Assembly (NCBI GenBank): GCA_903830625.1
Contig: CAIKUK010000014.1
Span: 772-64,771 of the forward strand
DNA: 64,000 nt
Source of the DNA: Candidatus Yanofskybacteria bacterium
GTDB taxonomy: Bacteria; Patescibacteriota; Minisyncoccia; 2-02-FULL-40-12; GWA2-44-9
Direction: 5' to 3'
How positions within the stretch are numbered: position 1 is the first letter of the stretch; the number at the start of each line of letters is the position of its first letter. This document shows, piece by piece, positions 63,411 through 64,000 of the stretch. Made by a program: the position numbers and the translations under genes. The notes under the pieces were generated by a model. That model made no database searches. It was not told the DNA's origin and was given only the letters and a program-made list of their open reading frames with translations.

Positions 63411-64000
63411 GTGAATAGAAAATTTTTTTATGCGGTGGCGGTGCTGGTGGGGAGCATGGTCGGCGTTGGAATTTTTGCATTGCCGTATGCTTTTGTCCAA
63501 GCCGGTTTTTGGACGGGGATGACCCTCCTTGTTGTCATTGGCCTAATGACACTCCTGACCGATTTTATGTATGGCGAAGTTATTTTACGGACGCACGCCA
63601 AACATCAGTTATTGGGCTATACAAAAACGTATCTTGGCCCGACATTCCAAAAACTGGTTTTCTTTTCGGCGGTGCTGATAAGTTACGTGGGCCTGCTTGC
63701 CTACATTATTATTTCAGGCGATTTTTTAAATACGCTTCTGTCGCCGTTTTTCTTCGCGCCCATTGCCAGTTATAGTATATTGTTCGCCGTTATTCTCTCG
63801 TTGGCAGTGTTGCGGGGCATCAAAACTGTGTCTCATATCGAACTGTTTTTCAGTTTTCTTTTCGTGGCAGTAATGGGACTTATTGTTTTTTCCGGTTGGT
63901 CGCAAATCCAAACTTTAAATTTTACCGGCTTTAATAGTGCTCATGTGGCCTTGCCTTACGGTATTTTGTTGTTCGCCTTTGCGGGATTAGTGGGTGTTCC
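63411..64000 (+). CDS. Amino acid permease (aromatic amino acid/HAAAP-like), 5' fragment running off the window end
   Basis: Open frame from GTG 63411 to the window end: VNRKFFYAVAVLVGSMVGVGIFALPYAFVQAGFW..., a typical N-terminus of Tyr/Trp-type permeases. Missing from the ORF track because there is no stop in the window; the start is uncertain (GTG 63411 or ATG 63456). Confidence 0.5.
   Translation, partial: MNRKFFYAVAVLVGSMVGVGIFALPYAFVQAGFWTGMTLLVVIGLMTLLTDFMYGEVILRTHAKHQLLGYTKTYLGPTFQKLVFFSAVLISYVGLLAYIIISGDFLNTLLSPFFFAPIASYSILFAVILSLAVLRGIKTVSHIELFFSFLFVAVMGLIVFSGWSQIQTLNFTGFNSAHVALPYGILLFAFAGLVGV

Noticed and set aside
1-64000. Checked for CRISPR arrays (regularly spaced short direct repeats), rRNA genes, and IS elements with transposase ORFs.
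   Set aside because: No periodic repeat-spacer pattern, no rRNA-like conserved stretches, and no transposase/integrase-like ORFs were seen. The only repeats are the hairpin families reported above and low-complexity A/T runs.

Overview
This 64 kb window reads as a small-genome bacterium with compositionally mixed content; the gene content (short AspRS, FemAB, reduced metabolism) fits a Patescibacteria/CPR-like organism, but that is inference. Nucleotides 1 to 27,000 form an AT-rich cell-surface glycan locus. It contains the RmlD C-terminus, GDP-mannose 4,6-dehydratase with a frameshift in an A9 run, a Nudix hydrolase, an SDR epimerase, GT39/GT2/GT9/GT4/GT-A glycosyltransferases, three FkbM methyltransferases, a C-methyltransferase-like enzyme, a B12 radical-SAM enzyme, an ABC exporter, a Wzx-like flippase, an O-antigen-ligase/TPR protein and a WbaP-like initiating sugar transferase; a pyruvoyl arginine decarboxylase gene lies between the last two. 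Nucleotides 27,000 to 64,000 are moderate-GC housekeeping genes: hpf, secA, an M3 peptidase, secD, secF, tRNA-Lys(UUU), purN-like, aspS, dacA-like, mraY, ftsW, rpsT, uvrB, ruvA, FemAB, a Mur ligase, a beta-CASP RNase, LOG and lon. Interspersed with these are two tandem PD-(D/E)XK nucleases, an N-terminally truncated TrwB/VirD4-like coupling ATPase next to a membrane protein, a presenilin-like GxGD membrane protease, and several short GC-rich stand-alone genes each with a consensus promoter, Shine-Dalgarno site and hairpin terminator. The most unusual non-coding signals are: (i) two copies of a 140-nt hairpin-ended element that each run exactly from the TAA of one gene to the ATG of the next membrane-protein gene; (ii) a family of large-loop hairpin elements with a conserved interior and co-varying stems; (iii) two long stems with G.U wobbles sharing a 10-mer; (iv) a perfect 66-bp palindrome; (v) a 200-nt imperfect palindrome after lon. 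No CRISPR array or rRNA gene was seen.
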